From the IMG/VR virus record IMGVR_UViG_3300034105_002232: a stretch of 64,000 bases of DNA, one strand, 5' to 3'. The position numbers and the translations under genes were made by a program. Below are positions 45,770 to 55,103 of the stretch, piece by piece; the first letter of the stretch is position 1, and each line of letters begins with the position of its first letter. The stretch is from a virus. The notes beneath the pieces were generated by a model. That model ran no database searches. It was not told where the DNA came from and saw only the letters and a list, made by a program, of their open reading frames with translations.

Positions 45770-46069
45770 TTAGCTTACGACAAAGGTCAGTTGTTTGCTG
45801 CCTGGGTCAATGTGATTGGGGTGTAATGCGCCGGGATTGCCTTCAACAACCAGATTTTCTAATTTAAAATCGCCATGGCACGAACAATTCTCAACTCTCA
45901 CAGTGTGAATGCCAGGATCTAAATTGCAAACCATATGCTCACGAATATAAATTTGATAACCTGCCCAACTAAACGTGCGTTCTGTCAGCAGGTCGTTATC
46001 AACATAAATTCTATAACTTGGAGGTGCTTCGCTCCAATGACAATGCACATCGGCTGACATGTGTATCAC
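45770..46069 (-). CDS. hypothetical protein
   Basis: P.YRIYVDNDLLTERTF motif. Confidence 0.65.
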   Translation of the reverse strand: MIHMSADVHCHWSEAPPSYRIYVDNDLLTERTFSWAGYQIYIREHMVCNLDPGIHTVRVENCSCHGDFKLENLVVEGNPGALHPNHIDPGSKQLTFVVS

Positions 46070-46911
46070 GGCTGCCTGTTCTTTCTAGCGGCCAGTTGAG
46101 TATGAATCATGTCCATTTGTTCTTTGAGCTTTTTATAGCGCTTGGTTAGATGGAGCCCAGCCATCATCTTGGGCAATGTGGCAGCAGTTACATCATTGTC
46201 GTTGCCCATGGTGGCCATGCTGTAACGTGGGTCATTGCCATTTTTGACCACCCCTACTCCAGCTGCATCTTCGGCCATGGTTTGCGGAATCTTGTCTAGC
46301 ACACGGCCCAGTTCTGCATCATCTCTGCCGTACATTTGCAGCAAAAATGCACTACGCTGCTTGGGGTCGTTGCGTACTAGATTCCAGGCCTGTCTGGTTT
46401 GAGTACCATGACTGACATCTACTGATTGTCCGTTGATATCAATTACTTTGTGTCTTTCGTCTGCTATTATAACATAGCCGTGTTGATCTGCTGTGGCACA
46501 TTCTTTTAAATTTTTGAAGGTTTTAAAGTACCCAGGATTGCCATCTTTTTTGACACTGTCTGGCGCTAGACGCTGTGCATCCGGTGCACCCACTGCTGCT
46601 ACAAAGATGGTATTTGCAGCATTAAACTGTGCAGGCAGTTTATACGGACTTGCGACTTCTAATATACGGTCACTGGGAATGCCCGCAGCATGCATCAGTA
46701 TACTTTTGTCTGTAAAATTGAATGGGCTTTTTGGAGGTTCGGTCTTGTTACTGGTTGCAATAAACACACTGTCACGACCAAATTTACCTTGCAGGCTTTG
46801 AAATACTTCCCGATGCCCCAAATGAAAAGGCTGGAACCGACCTGGATATAATACCACCAGTTGCGGTGCAGCCTCGTCTAAATACCTCTCAAATAAATTA
46901 GCAATAAACAT
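46066..46911 (-). CDS. cytidylyltransferase-like (HIGH) nucleotidyltransferase
   Basis: YPGRFQPFHLGH, SPF.F..K, S.T..R. Confidence 0.8.
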   Translation of the reverse strand: MFIANLFERYLDEAAPQLVVLYPGRFQPFHLGHREVFQSLQGKFGRDSVFIATSNKTEPPKSPFNFTDKSILMHAAGIPSDRILEVASPYKLPAQFNAANTIFVAAVGAPDAQRLAPDSVKKDGNPGYFKTFKNLKECATADQHGYVIIADERHKVIDINGQSVDVSHGTQTRQAWNLVRNDPKQRSAFLLQMYGRDDAELGRVLDKIPQTMAEDAAGVGVVKNGNDPRYSMATMGNDNDVTAATLPKMMAGLHLTKRYKKLKEQMDMIHTQLAARKNRQP

Positions 46912-46940
46912 AAAAAATCCGTTCTATTGCTATATTTAGT

Positions 46941-47405
46941 TTATAAGTTTTCTAATAGCCAAATGTAGAATGGACTAGCAAAAGGCAACTTCCAGGTGCC
47001 GTTCCACCCTAGATCCACAAACCCTTTGAGTTCCTTGATCTGCTTCTGTGTTTCATCCAGATACGAATCAGGATAGTCCGGAAAATAGCTGCTGGCAGTC
47101 CATTTTAGTGTTCCAATGTCAATTTCATCAATTTCAATGCTTTCAACATGCAGTAGCATATCCTCGACGATATTTCCGGAATCATCTGTTTTGGTATCAG
47201 TAGAAGTCTTATTTAAAAAACAAATGTTCAAGCAATGATCGCCTTCAGACAGTTCCGCATCAAATTCAAAGTATTCAGTCAACGTGCTCGATAACGTTTC
47301 ATGCACATGTTCTATGTCATTGATTTTAATTTGAAACTCAGGGTATCGGGTTAACGACGCACTACTTAGTCCAATTTTAAAGTGCAACTTCTCTTTATCT
47401 TCCAT
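46941..47405 (-). CDS. hypothetical protein
   Basis: 154-aa beta-rich ORF ending PFYIWLLENL. Confidence 0.7.
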   Translation of the reverse strand: MEDKEKLHFKIGLSSASLTRYPEFQIKINDIEHVHETLSSTLTEYFEFDAELSEGDHCLNICFLNKTSTDTKTDDSGNIVEDMLLHVESIEIDEIDIGTLKWTASSYFPDYPDSYLDETQKQIKELKGFVDLGWNGTWKLPFASPFYIWLLENL

Positions 47406-47417
47406 TGGCAGACTCCT

Positions 47418-48368
47418 TTATGCTGGTGCTTTTTGTGCCATCTTGATTGCATCTTGAAGCGCAGCTGGAGTACCTGGATCCATTTGAGGAGTATCACCTG
47501 TGGGACCAAATTGCGGCATCTTGGCCAAGTCACCAACAAACTCATAGTGTCCAATGTGATTGAGCAGTACCTTGCCGTGAGCCCAGATCTCGCCACCAAT
47601 TGCACTCCAGCGTCTGCAGAACAACCAGTCCTCGCTTAGATAATGACCTTTTTCGTCAATTTCACAATCAAAAATGCTGTACATGGTAGGCTCGTATTGT
47701 TTGCCCAAGCCCACATCGTCCACATACTTGCATTCAGGATGTACTTCGCATAATTTAGAGTACACATCACGCTTGAACAACAAGAAACCTGTTCCCATGG
47801 TATCTACTGTAAAGATATCACCTTGTACTTTGGTTTCGCGCCTTAGGTTAATGACATAGTTAACTGGCAATGCTTTCTTGGGATACAGCCCGCCAATAAC
47901 ATCTTTGTCACAGGCCATCATCTGCAGAATACTTTCTGGTTGGAAACGAATGTCTGCGTCGATGAACATGAAGTGTGTGGCAGCTTTATTGGTCATCATT
48001 TTAGCCATCAAGTTGTTACGTGCTCTAGTGACCAAGCTCTCATTGACCATGGTATCCAGGCTCCAGTTTAGTCCTACCTGTTGCGCCATGAGAATGAACC
48101 GCAACAATGAAGTCATTGTTGGTTCACTGACCATGCCGCCGTAACATGGAATACCAATATGCAAATGGCATTTGGCAAAATCAAATGGTTGACCTTGCAC
48201 TTGTTGCTGTGGTTGTTGTGTTTGCTGCGCTGCTGCTGCCTTGATCAGTGCAACTGCATCTGCAGGACTTGGCGCCGGGCTGGCAGGTCGGGCTGCTGCT
48301 GCCGCTTTGATTGCTGCCACCGCGTCTGCCTGAGTGGAGGCCGTTTCTCCAATTACTTTTTTGGTCAT
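47418..48368 (-). CDS. GT-A family glycosyltransferase-like protein
   Basis: IPCYGG, ESLVTRARN, FIDADI (DxD), GTGF, SEDWLFCRRW; Ala/Gln-rich N-terminus. Confidence 0.8.
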   Translation of the reverse strand: MTKKVIGETASTQADAVAAIKAAAAARPASPAPSPADAVALIKAAAAQQTQQPQQQVQGQPFDFAKCHLHIGIPCYGGMVSEPTMTSLLRFILMAQQVGLNWSLDTMVNESLVTRARNNLMAKMMTNKAATHFMFIDADIRFQPESILQMMACDKDVIGGLYPKKALPVNYVINLRRETKVQGDIFTVDTMGTGFLLFKRDVYSKLCEVHPECKYVDDVGLGKQYEPTMYSIFDCEIDEKGHYLSEDWLFCRRWSAIGGEIWAHGKVLLNHIGHYEFVGDLAKMPQFGPTGDTPQMDPGTPAALQDAIKMAQKAPA

Positions 48369-48394
48369 TGATTTCTCTCTTGGTTAAATTTTGA

Positions 48395-48565
48395 TTAGGC
48401 TTTGTTTACTTCGACAACAACACCGTTGCCAAATAATTCTTCTGCTACTGATCCTAAAGCTGCAATAATCTCCACATTGGCAAGATCGGGTGCATCTGCT
48501 GCATCGGAGTCTTTTACTAATTTGCTAACTGTAATTACAATTACTTCTTCATGTACTTTCGCCAT
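48395..48565 (-). CDS. 56-aa hypothetical protein (not in ORF track)
   Basis: AAGGAG RBS, TAAATA box; MAKVHEEVIVITVSKLVKD...; hand-translated. Confidence 0.7.
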   Translation of the reverse strand: MAKVHEEVIVITVSKLVKDSDAADAPDLANVEIIAALGSVAEELFGNGVVVEVNKA

Positions 48566-48592
48566 CCGGGGCTCCTTGAATTATAACAGTAT

Positions 48593-49315
48593 TTATTCCT
48601 GTATACACACCAGCTCACAAACTTCTCTTATGATGTCTGGACAGATAATACGTACCAAATTAGCTACACCAACATCGTTGGTGTAAAAATAACAATTCCA
48701 CATCCAATCTCCATCTTTGACCAACTGCTCTGTGGTATTTTTAGGCAGCTTGACCAAATCTCCCAGTTGCTGCAGATAGTTATGGACCTGCGTCCTTGAT
48801 TTTATGTCAAACCGTTTCTCTTTAAGGTATATTCGATATCTAAATTTTGGTTGTCTATTTACTATTATTGCGTTGCCTTGCAACCACTGACTACTGACAT
48901 CAGATTCTGGGCCTGTAGCAGACAGTATCTGATGTCGAAACTGGACACCAATGGCCAATGCTATGGATTGTAGTATTGATTCTGATTCGGCATAGAAGCT
49001 GATTTTTGGCTCTTCAATCCTGACCCTTATGTCAGCATGTTTGTGTATCAGTCTTTTGAGATCAATCAGCAGACCCAGATCAGCTTCTTTGAGTTGCTCT
49101 TTTAGCTTACGGTCCCACCACGATCCGCCTCCCAGTGAATACGATCGAGCACATGATTGCCGGTGCTGTAGATTGGCCTTGATATCATCGTACCGGATAC
49201 TCTTGCAACCAGGAGCGTAAATTTCTAATCGATAAAGATACTGTTTAAAATACTGTTTGGCAGTATATTGTATCTTTGTATCTTTAGACAGGTTCTGCCA
49301 GAACAATGTATCCAT
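48593..49315 (-). CDS. hypothetical phage protein
   Basis: 240-aa ORF. Confidence 0.65.
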   Translation of the reverse strand: MDTLFWQNLSKDTKIQYTAKQYFKQYLYRLEIYAPGCKSIRYDDIKANLQHRQSCARSYSLGGGSWWDRKLKEQLKEADLGLLIDLKRLIHKHADIRVRIEEPKISFYAESESILQSIALAIGVQFRHQILSATGPESDVSSQWLQGNAIIVNRQPKFRYRIYLKEKRFDIKSRTQVHNYLQQLGDLVKLPKNTTEQLVKDGDWMWNCYFYTNDVGVANLVRIICPDIIREVCELVCIQE

Positions 49316-51563
49316 TTTCGTCTATTCTATAGGTTGAATCGGTATTCGCGATTGGTTGAAATGTAAACTCTTTGTCATGAAAATCAATTATGATAGTGCT
49401 CACTGGCGCAATCTTGTCAAACAATATGCGTTTACTCAATGGCACTTTGATTAGATCGTTGATTTTTCTCTGCAAAGGTCTTGCACCCATTTTGGGATCA
49501 AATCCTGTGGTAATCAATTCATCAACAGCAGCTTCAGTTAGTCTTACACGTAACTGTTTGTCTATTAGAAGATCATTTAATTCTGCAATAAACTTGCTAA
49601 CAATTTTACGCATACTTAGATCATCTAATTTAGAAAATTTAACAATACCATCTAAACGATTTCGGAATTCAGGTTTAAAGAATTCTTTAACAGCACGATC
49701 ATCTTCTTGATTTTTTTGTAACTCTTTACCAAAGCCAATGTTGTTTTTTTCGTTGTCTGCTGCACCAAGATTGCTGGTTAAAATAATCATGGCATTACGA
49801 CAGTCAGCTTTCTTACCATTGCTGCTGGTAATTGTGCCTTCGTCCATCATTTGCAGCAAAATGTTACTAACGTCGGGATGAGCTTTTTCAATTTCATCCA
49901 TCAAGATAATGCAATTGGGATTTTTTTCAATGTCACTGATCAGCAACCCACCACCCAGATTGCCATCCTCGTAGCCAACATAACCAGGGGGTGCACCAAT
50001 AAGTTTAGCAACAGTATGTCGCTCTTGGTATTCACTCATGTCATACCGCAGCAGTTTCATACCAAGATTTTCTGCCAGCAACTTGGCCAGTTCTGTTTTG
50101 CCTGTGCCAGTTGGTCCCAAGAACAAGAAGTTACCAATTGGTTTGTTTAGGGCTTTTAATCCTGCACGGCTCACATAGATTTTTTCTAATACTGTATCTA
50201 CTGCAGCATCTTGACCGTACAGTCGATCCTTGATGCCAACTTCAAGATTTTCAATTCCTTTGGCACCTTCGGTGTTGCCAATTGATTCAATTGGCAATCT
50301 TGTCAACCGGCTGATGGTGTGTACAATATCGGCACCCGAAACAATCCAATTGGTATCTTTGATTTTGAGTCGAGCACACGACGCATCTATTAGGTCAATG
50401 GCTTTGTCGGGCAATTTTTTATCAGTTTGATAACGCACACTTAGATCAACTGCGGTGTTAATGGCATCATCAGTGATGGTGCCTCCGTGGAATTTTTCAA
50501 AGTGTAATCTTAACCCAAACAAGATATCTTTGGCAACTTCAGCACTGGGCTCATCAATGGTGATCCGTTGGAATCTGCGCATCAGAGCACGATCTTTTTC
50601 AAAACTCTGGCTATATTCTTCCCAGGTAGTACTAGCAATAACTTTAATTCGGCCTTTGCTCAATGCAGGTTTGATCATGTTACTAAAGTCCACACTGCTT
50701 TGACTTCCTGCTCCTGCTCCACGCATCTGGTGTGCTTCATCGATGAACAAGATCGCTTTGCCTTTTACATTTAGTGCAGCCAGTACCTCGTGAATTTTTT
50801 CTTCAAAGTCGCCGCGATACTTGCTACCTGCTAGCAAACTACTAATATCAAGATTGTACACTGTGTAGTCTAATAGATATTCTGGTACCGTTTTTAACAC
50901 AATTGCCAAAGCCAATCCTTCTGCAATAGCAGTCTTACCAACGCCAGGATCGCCTACCATTAGTATATTGCTTTTGTTGCGGCGTGCAAGAATTTCTACT
51001 ATTTCGTTGGTCTCGGCAGCACGTCCAATCACTGGGTCAATCTTGCCGTCCTCGGCCTGGGTGTTGAGATTGTCACAATACCGTTCAAGTATCTTGTCTG
51101 CCTGGCCGGCATTTGCAACTGTCTTGCCTGCGTCTGATTTATACTCTTTGTTGTATGTCTCTATTAGTTTTGCACGATCAAGACCATACTTGACCATGAA
51201 ATAATGTGCGTAGCTGTTGGATTCTGCATGTATGCTCAAGAATAAATCTAATATTTGAATATGCGTTCTTGCACTAAACAGGACCTGAGTAAATGCTCGA
51301 TTAAACACCCGTTCCAGAGCATGGGTTTTTTTAGGATCACTGGTATCGTTGACAAGATATGTTTGATTGGCAAGATAATCTTCGATGTCGGTTTCTAATC
51401 CTTTGATATCTGTTCCGTATCCGGATAGAAGCTCTTGGAAGGGAGTATATCGTATCATGCTTAAAAACACATGTTCAAGGGTCACATACTCATGACTTAA
51501 ACTTTTAGCCAGTTCAGTGGCTTCAACTACAATGTAATCAATTTCAGGGTTGGTTTGTAACAT
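49284..51563 (-). CDS. clpA: ATP-dependent Clp protease ATP-binding subunit
   Basis: Clp-N HEYVTLEH, GDPGVGKT, GPTGTGKT, DEIEKAH, IGF loop; no ClpB middle domain. Confidence 0.93.
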   Translation of the reverse strand: MLQTNPEIDYIVVEATELAKSLSHEYVTLEHVFLSMIRYTPFQELLSGYGTDIKGLETDIEDYLANQTYLVNDTSDPKKTHALERVFNRAFTQVLFSARTHIQILDLFLSIHAESNSYAHYFMVKYGLDRAKLIETYNKEYKSDAGKTVANAGQADKILERYCDNLNTQAEDGKIDPVIGRAAETNEIVEILARRNKSNILMVGDPGVGKTAIAEGLALAIVLKTVPEYLLDYTVYNLDISSLLAGSKYRGDFEEKIHEVLAALNVKGKAILFIDEAHQMRGAGAGSQSSVDFSNMIKPALSKGRIKVIASTTWEEYSQSFEKDRALMRRFQRITIDEPSAEVAKDILFGLRLHFEKFHGGTITDDAINTAVDLSVRYQTDKKLPDKAIDLIDASCARLKIKDTNWIVSGADIVHTISRLTRLPIESIGNTEGAKGIENLEVGIKDRLYGQDAAVDTVLEKIYVSRAGLKALNKPIGNFLFLGPTGTGKTELAKLLAENLGMKLLRYDMSEYQERHTVAKLIGAPPGYVGYEDGNLGGGLLISDIEKNPNCIILMDEIEKAHPDVSNILLQMMDEGTITSSNGKKADCRNAMIILTSNLGAADNEKNNIGFGKELQKNQEDDRAVKEFFKPEFRNRLDGIVKFSKLDDLSMRKIVSKFIAELNDLLIDKQLRVRLTEAAVDELITTGFDPKMGARPLQRKINDLIKVPLSKRILFDKIAPVSTIIIDFHDKEFTFQPIANTDSTYRIDENGYIVLAEPV

Positions 51564-51571
51564 AATAATAT

Positions 51572-52441
51572 TTATTGGTTAGAGAGTAAATTTTTAATGG
51601 AAAGTTTCTGTGACTCATTTAAATCAGTAGGTACTATGATGTTAATAACAATTATTAAATTTCCTCTATGTGATTGATTCATTGCATACAAACCCTGTTG
51701 CTGTATTCTAAATCTTGATCCTGGTTGAGTACCTGCAGGAACAGCCAGATCAAATTTACGACCGTCTAATCCTTGTAATTGAATAGTGGCACCCACAATG
51801 GCATCTAAGCAATTTAGATCCACAGCTTTAATTAGATCTAAATTGTCAACATTAAAACCTGACGCACCTTCAACATGCAGTCTAACATACAAGTCGCCGC
51901 GTGTTAAACTAGGAAAAAAGTTATCACCTAGTCCAGGATACTTGATTGTGCTGTTGGGTGTAACACCTCGGGGTATCTGGACCTCAACAGTGACACGCTC
52001 ACCGTTTGTGGTTTGAACACTAATAGTCTTTGTTTGAATGTCCAAGGTACTAACCAGGCTGACCACTACATCAACCTGGATGTCTTTGTTTTTTCTTGGT
52101 TGCCTAAATTGCGAAAATGGATCGCTGTGTGCTGCAAATCCTGGGCCAAAACTGAACCCAAAATTTCTCAGCATGTCTTCCATGTGTGATGGTATGTCAC
52201 CGTTGGTATCGTGCCCATTCACAGTAAATCTGAATCCACCGTGATGTCCTTGTCGTTCAGCATCATACTGTGCCCGAGTCTGATCTGTGCCTATTGTGTC
52301 GTAGGCATGTTGTATTTTCTGGAAGTGGGTAGTATCCCCACCTTTGTCAGGATGGTGTTGATTGGCCAACTTACGATATGCTTTTTTAATTTCATCCAGA
52401 CTGGCAGACTCAGGAACTCCCAAGGTATCATAATGTGTCAT
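51572..52441 (-). CDS. dnaJ: DnaJ-class co-chaperone (no zinc finger, CbpA-like)
   Basis: J domain with HPD, G/F region, C-terminal GDLYV domain. Confidence 0.9.
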   Translation of the reverse strand: MTHYDTLGVPESASLDEIKKAYRKLANQHHPDKGGDTTHFQKIQHAYDTIGTDQTRAQYDAERQGHHGGFRFTVNGHDTNGDIPSHMEDMLRNFGFSFGPGFAAHSDPFSQFRQPRKNKDIQVDVVVSLVSTLDIQTKTISVQTTNGERVTVEVQIPRGVTPNSTIKYPGLGDNFFPSLTRGDLYVRLHVEGASGFNVDNLDLIKAVDLNCLDAIVGATIQLQGLDGRKFDLAVPAGTQPGSRFRIQQQGLYAMNQSHRGNLIIVINIIVPTDLNESQKLSIKNLLSNQ

Positions 52442-52447
52442 AGTAAT

Positions 52448-52476
52448 ATTATATAGTATAAATGAAATACGGTCAA
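52448..52476 (-). promoter_or_regulatory. sigma70 promoter TTGACC-N17-TATAAT, 6 nt before the dnaJ ATG
   Basis: Read directly. Confidence 0.7.
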
Positions 52477-52496
52477 TACTTTTGGCATTGACCGTA
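52468..52496 (-). terminator. hairpin TACGGTCAAT...ATTGACCGTA after the lysis cassette
   Basis: 10-bp inverted repeat followed by TTTCATTT. Confidence 0.55.
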
Positions 52497-52514
52497 CAAT
52501 TGAGTTACAGAGGA

Positions 52515-52706
52515 TTACTTCTTTTTACCATCTGGAATGGCAGTACCTTCAAGTTTCTTGTGAACCTTGATAGTCTTGCAAACTTCTTTTTCCTTCTTGG
52601 TTTTTGGATCCATTTGTTTTACACATGCCTTTTTAGTTTCTGCTTCGGCATGTACTGCTGTAGTTGCAAATAAACCAATTGTTAAAGCTAATAGATATTT
52701 TGTCAT
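52515..52706 (-). CDS. small secreted protein
   Basis: Signal peptide ending AVHA; two Cys; Lys-rich. Confidence 0.65.
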   Translation of the reverse strand: MTKYLLALTIGLFATTAVHAEAETKKACVKQMDPKTKKEKEVCKTIKVHKKLEGTAIPDGKKK

Positions 52707-52927
52707 TTTGTACCCTTTTTAGTAAATTTTTCAGACGCTGTAAGTCCCAACCCGCCTAACACAATATACATCATTGCATCAAATGTGGTAGCACTTACTT
52801 TTTTTTCAAAAAACAACTCTGTAACGAAACCAATTGCTACCAGTACAAAAGCTAGTAATGTAATTACTCTCTTACTACTTGGATTGATTTCGCCTTCTGC
52901 TTTTAACATATCAGTTAAAAAACTCAT
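52703..52927 (-). CDS. holin-like two-TM membrane protein
   Basis: SSKR followed by two TM helices and a basic tail; in the lysis cassette. Confidence 0.55.
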   Translation of the reverse strand: MSFLTDMLKAEGEINPSSKRVITLLAFVLVAIGFVTELFFEKKVSATTFDAMMYIVLGGLGLTASEKFTKKGTK

Positions 52928-52939
52928 TTTACCTTTTCC

Positions 52940-53395
52940 TTAAATTTCTGGAAATGCTGGCTGTATTGGAGCTGGCTTACCATTTACCATTTGTATTGCG
53001 TCGCCAAATGGAGCTGCTGCCATTGGTGCTGCGCCAAAACTAGGTGCTGCGCCAAAACTAGGTGCAGCTACGGAAGGTGGTGGGGGTGGTGTGTACGGTT
53101 TAGTTGCAGCATCAATCGCTTTACCACGCAAATCTTTGTCGTCACCGGCCAACATAATGCCTGACAGGGTGCCTGTCAAGAATGTGGCAACAGGAATAAT
53201 AAGCTCAAAGAACTTGTTATCCACTGGACTCATCCCATTCATTGGTTGTGTAACAAAAATCAAACTAAACAAAACAACAAACACAATGCCAAACAAGGTT
53301 AAACCAAGAATGATGCCGATAAAAAACTTTAATCGTGCATTTAGCTCATCTGTTGTGTATTTTTCTCCGGACCATAATTGTTGAATCATTTGCAA
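52940..53395 (-). CDS. two-TM membrane protein with Pro/Ala-rich tail
   Basis: Two hydrophobic helices; AAPSFG repeats. Confidence 0.65.
   Translation of the reverse strand: MQMIQQLWSGEKYTTDELNARLKFFIGIILGLTLFGIVFVVLFSLIFVTQPMNGMSPVDNKFFELIIPVATFLTGTLSGIMLAGDDKDLRGKAIDAATKPYTPPPPPSVAAPSFGAAPSFGAAPMAAAPFGDAIQMVNGKPAPIQPAFPEI
53025..53065. repeat. tandem 18-bp repeat (AAPSFG x2)
   Basis: GGTGCTGCGCCAAAACTA twice. Confidence 0.8.
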
Positions 53396-53631
53396 TCTCC
53401 TTTAGATGTATATTGTGGTGCAAGTGGTACCATAGATTGAATAGGTTTACCTGCTTTGTCTTTATTGTAGTGCTGTAGGTCTTCGGGACAAGTTCCGTTT
53501 GCACTACAGTACGGCTTCTTGCATTGCTGACTATCCCAGTTTTCGGGATCCTGACAGGGATACCGATAACGCTCGCCACAAGCAACGAGCAATGGTAGCA
53601 ATAATACTGCCAGAGTATATCTCATTGTCAT
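53386..53631 (-). CDS. Cys-rich lipoprotein
   Basis: Lipobox LVAC; YRYPCQDP.NW...C..P.C...GTCP. Confidence 0.7.
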   Translation of the reverse strand: MTMRYTLAVLLLPLLVACGERYRYPCQDPENWDSQQCKKPYCSANGTCPEDLQHYNKDKAGKPIQSMVPLAPQYTSKGDCK

Positions 53632-54242
53632 GCTCCTAGTACGTGCAACATGTGATTATAATGCTTGATGCGATCGTCTAAGCCAATATAACCACCATTG
53701 ATCTTTTTGGTCATTTGTTTGATATCACCAGCATCAGCTTCTTTGTTTAAGTTATTACTTTCCCAAAACCAACAGGCACTTTGTGCAGCACCCTCGAATG
53801 TTTCTAGGTATGCACTGGCTTCTTCGGGATTGACTTCAATACTGGCTGCAAACCATTCATAGTTTGTTTTACCAGTCAATTGAATTAGTCCACGTCCACG
53901 ATACTTAAAGCCATCGCCTGAGGCTTCGTCTCCGTTGCCCATACGATTTCCGTAAATTTTATTTGCAATCTTTGCAGGCTGCTTTTCATAAGCTTTTGCA
54001 GTGCCCATGTCTTGGAAGTATTTTGGAAATACTTTCATTAAACTTTCTGCTTTATAATTCAAGTTCTCAGACAGAAACCTAAATCCTCCCGACTCATGAG
54101 CACACTGAGCAACAAATGCTGCTACTCGCTTGGGTGTGTTGATTTCATAATCAGGTAATAATTGATTCAGAGCTTTAACCCAATGGTCAGCATACAGAAT
54201 ACCGGGAACCATCTCTTTTAATTGACTTACCGTTAATTGCAT
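53628..54242 (-). CDS. glycoside hydrolase family 19 endolysin
   Basis: AQCAHESGG, ENLNY, YRGRGLIQLTG, INGG..GL.DR. Confidence 0.92.
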   Translation of the reverse strand: MQLTVSQLKEMVPGILYADHWVKALNQLLPDYEINTPKRVAAFVAQCAHESGGFRFLSENLNYKAESLMKVFPKYFQDMGTAKAYEKQPAKIANKIYGNRMGNGDEASGDGFKYRGRGLIQLTGKTNYEWFAASIEVNPEEASAYLETFEGAAQSACWFWESNNLNKEADAGDIKQMTKKINGGYIGLDDRIKHYNHMLHVLGA

Positions 54243-54254
54243 TTCATCTCCTTG

Positions 54255-54308
54255 TTATTTGTTGTGTTTGCCGCCACATACAGGACAGCTTTCTTGTTCT
54301 TGATTCAT
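54255..54308 (-). CDS. possible 17-aa micro-ORF MNQEQESCPVCGGKHNK
   Basis: ATGA overlap with the o-spanin stop; fills the gap to the endolysin RBS. Confidence 0.35.
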   Translation of the reverse strand: MNQEQESCPVCGGKHNK

Positions 54309-54577
54309 TTGACTTCCTCGAATATCTGTTTCTGCTTGGTGTACCAGTCATTCCAAAGTTCCACTTTGAGTTGACATTCTTTATACTGACCGTAGTTTTC
54401 TACCACCACTGACAAAGTTTTACTCAGCTCAGTGGTACCTTCGGGCACCATTTTTAAGTCAGGACAGGCTTGTTTTAATTCTTCGGGCACATCAGGAAAC
54501 GTGCGTTTGACTGGAACATGATTTACAGCACACGAGGTCAATAACAATACAGGAATTAAGGCCAATAATTGTTTCAC
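54305..54577 (-). CDS. o-spanin (Rz1-like lipoprotein)
   Basis: Lipobox LTSC, Pro-rich, NY..Y.EC. Confidence 0.75.
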   Translation of the reverse strand: MKQLLALIPVLLLTSCAVNHVPVKRTFPDVPEELKQACPDLKMVPEGTTELSKTLSVVVENYGQYKECQLKVELWNDWYTKQKQIFEEVK

Positions 54578-55056
54578 TGTGGATCCTCACGTTTTAGTGG
54601 CTGCACTTCCACTGTGGACTTGCGTGACTTTGCTGCTTCATTTAGCAAATTGATTGCTTCCGGGGCAACGCGACAGTCTTGGTCAATGATCTTTTGTACT
54701 TCTCGTATCTTTTCTTGCACAACAACCACGTCTTGTTTGACCACTTTGATTCGGTCAATGTAGACTTTCTTAATTACGGTGTTTGTTTCAACACTTTTCT
54801 TTTCAGAATCAGCAACTTGTTGTTGTAACGCAGCCACTTGCTCACGCCAGATCATTTCTGTAGTATAGCCGCCGTACCAGTATACTCCGCTGCAGAACAG
54901 CACAATTGAAACAATTTGTATTGGGGTGCGATAGATATTGATCCAAGGGATGAATCTGATGAAAAAACCCAACAGAATGCCCAGAGCGCCTAGTCCCATG
55001 AGCGCATATACTATTAGTAAAATAAAACTATCTGGTAATAAATGTAGTAGCCACAT
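54574..55056 (-). CDS. i-spanin (Rz-like)
   Basis: N-terminal TM helices, periplasmic coiled coil, C-terminal Cys; overlaps o-spanin. Confidence 0.7.
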   Translation of the reverse strand: MWLLHLLPDSFILLIVYALMGLGALGILLGFFIRFIPWINIYRTPIQIVSIVLFCSGVYWYGGYTTEMIWREQVAALQQQVADSEKKSVETNTVIKKVYIDRIKVVKQDVVVVQEKIREVQKIIDQDCRVAPEAINLLNEAAKSRKSTVEVQPLKREDPQ

Positions 55057-55103
55057 AACCTATACTGTATAATTGATATACAGTATTTATGGTTTTGAGC
55101 GTT

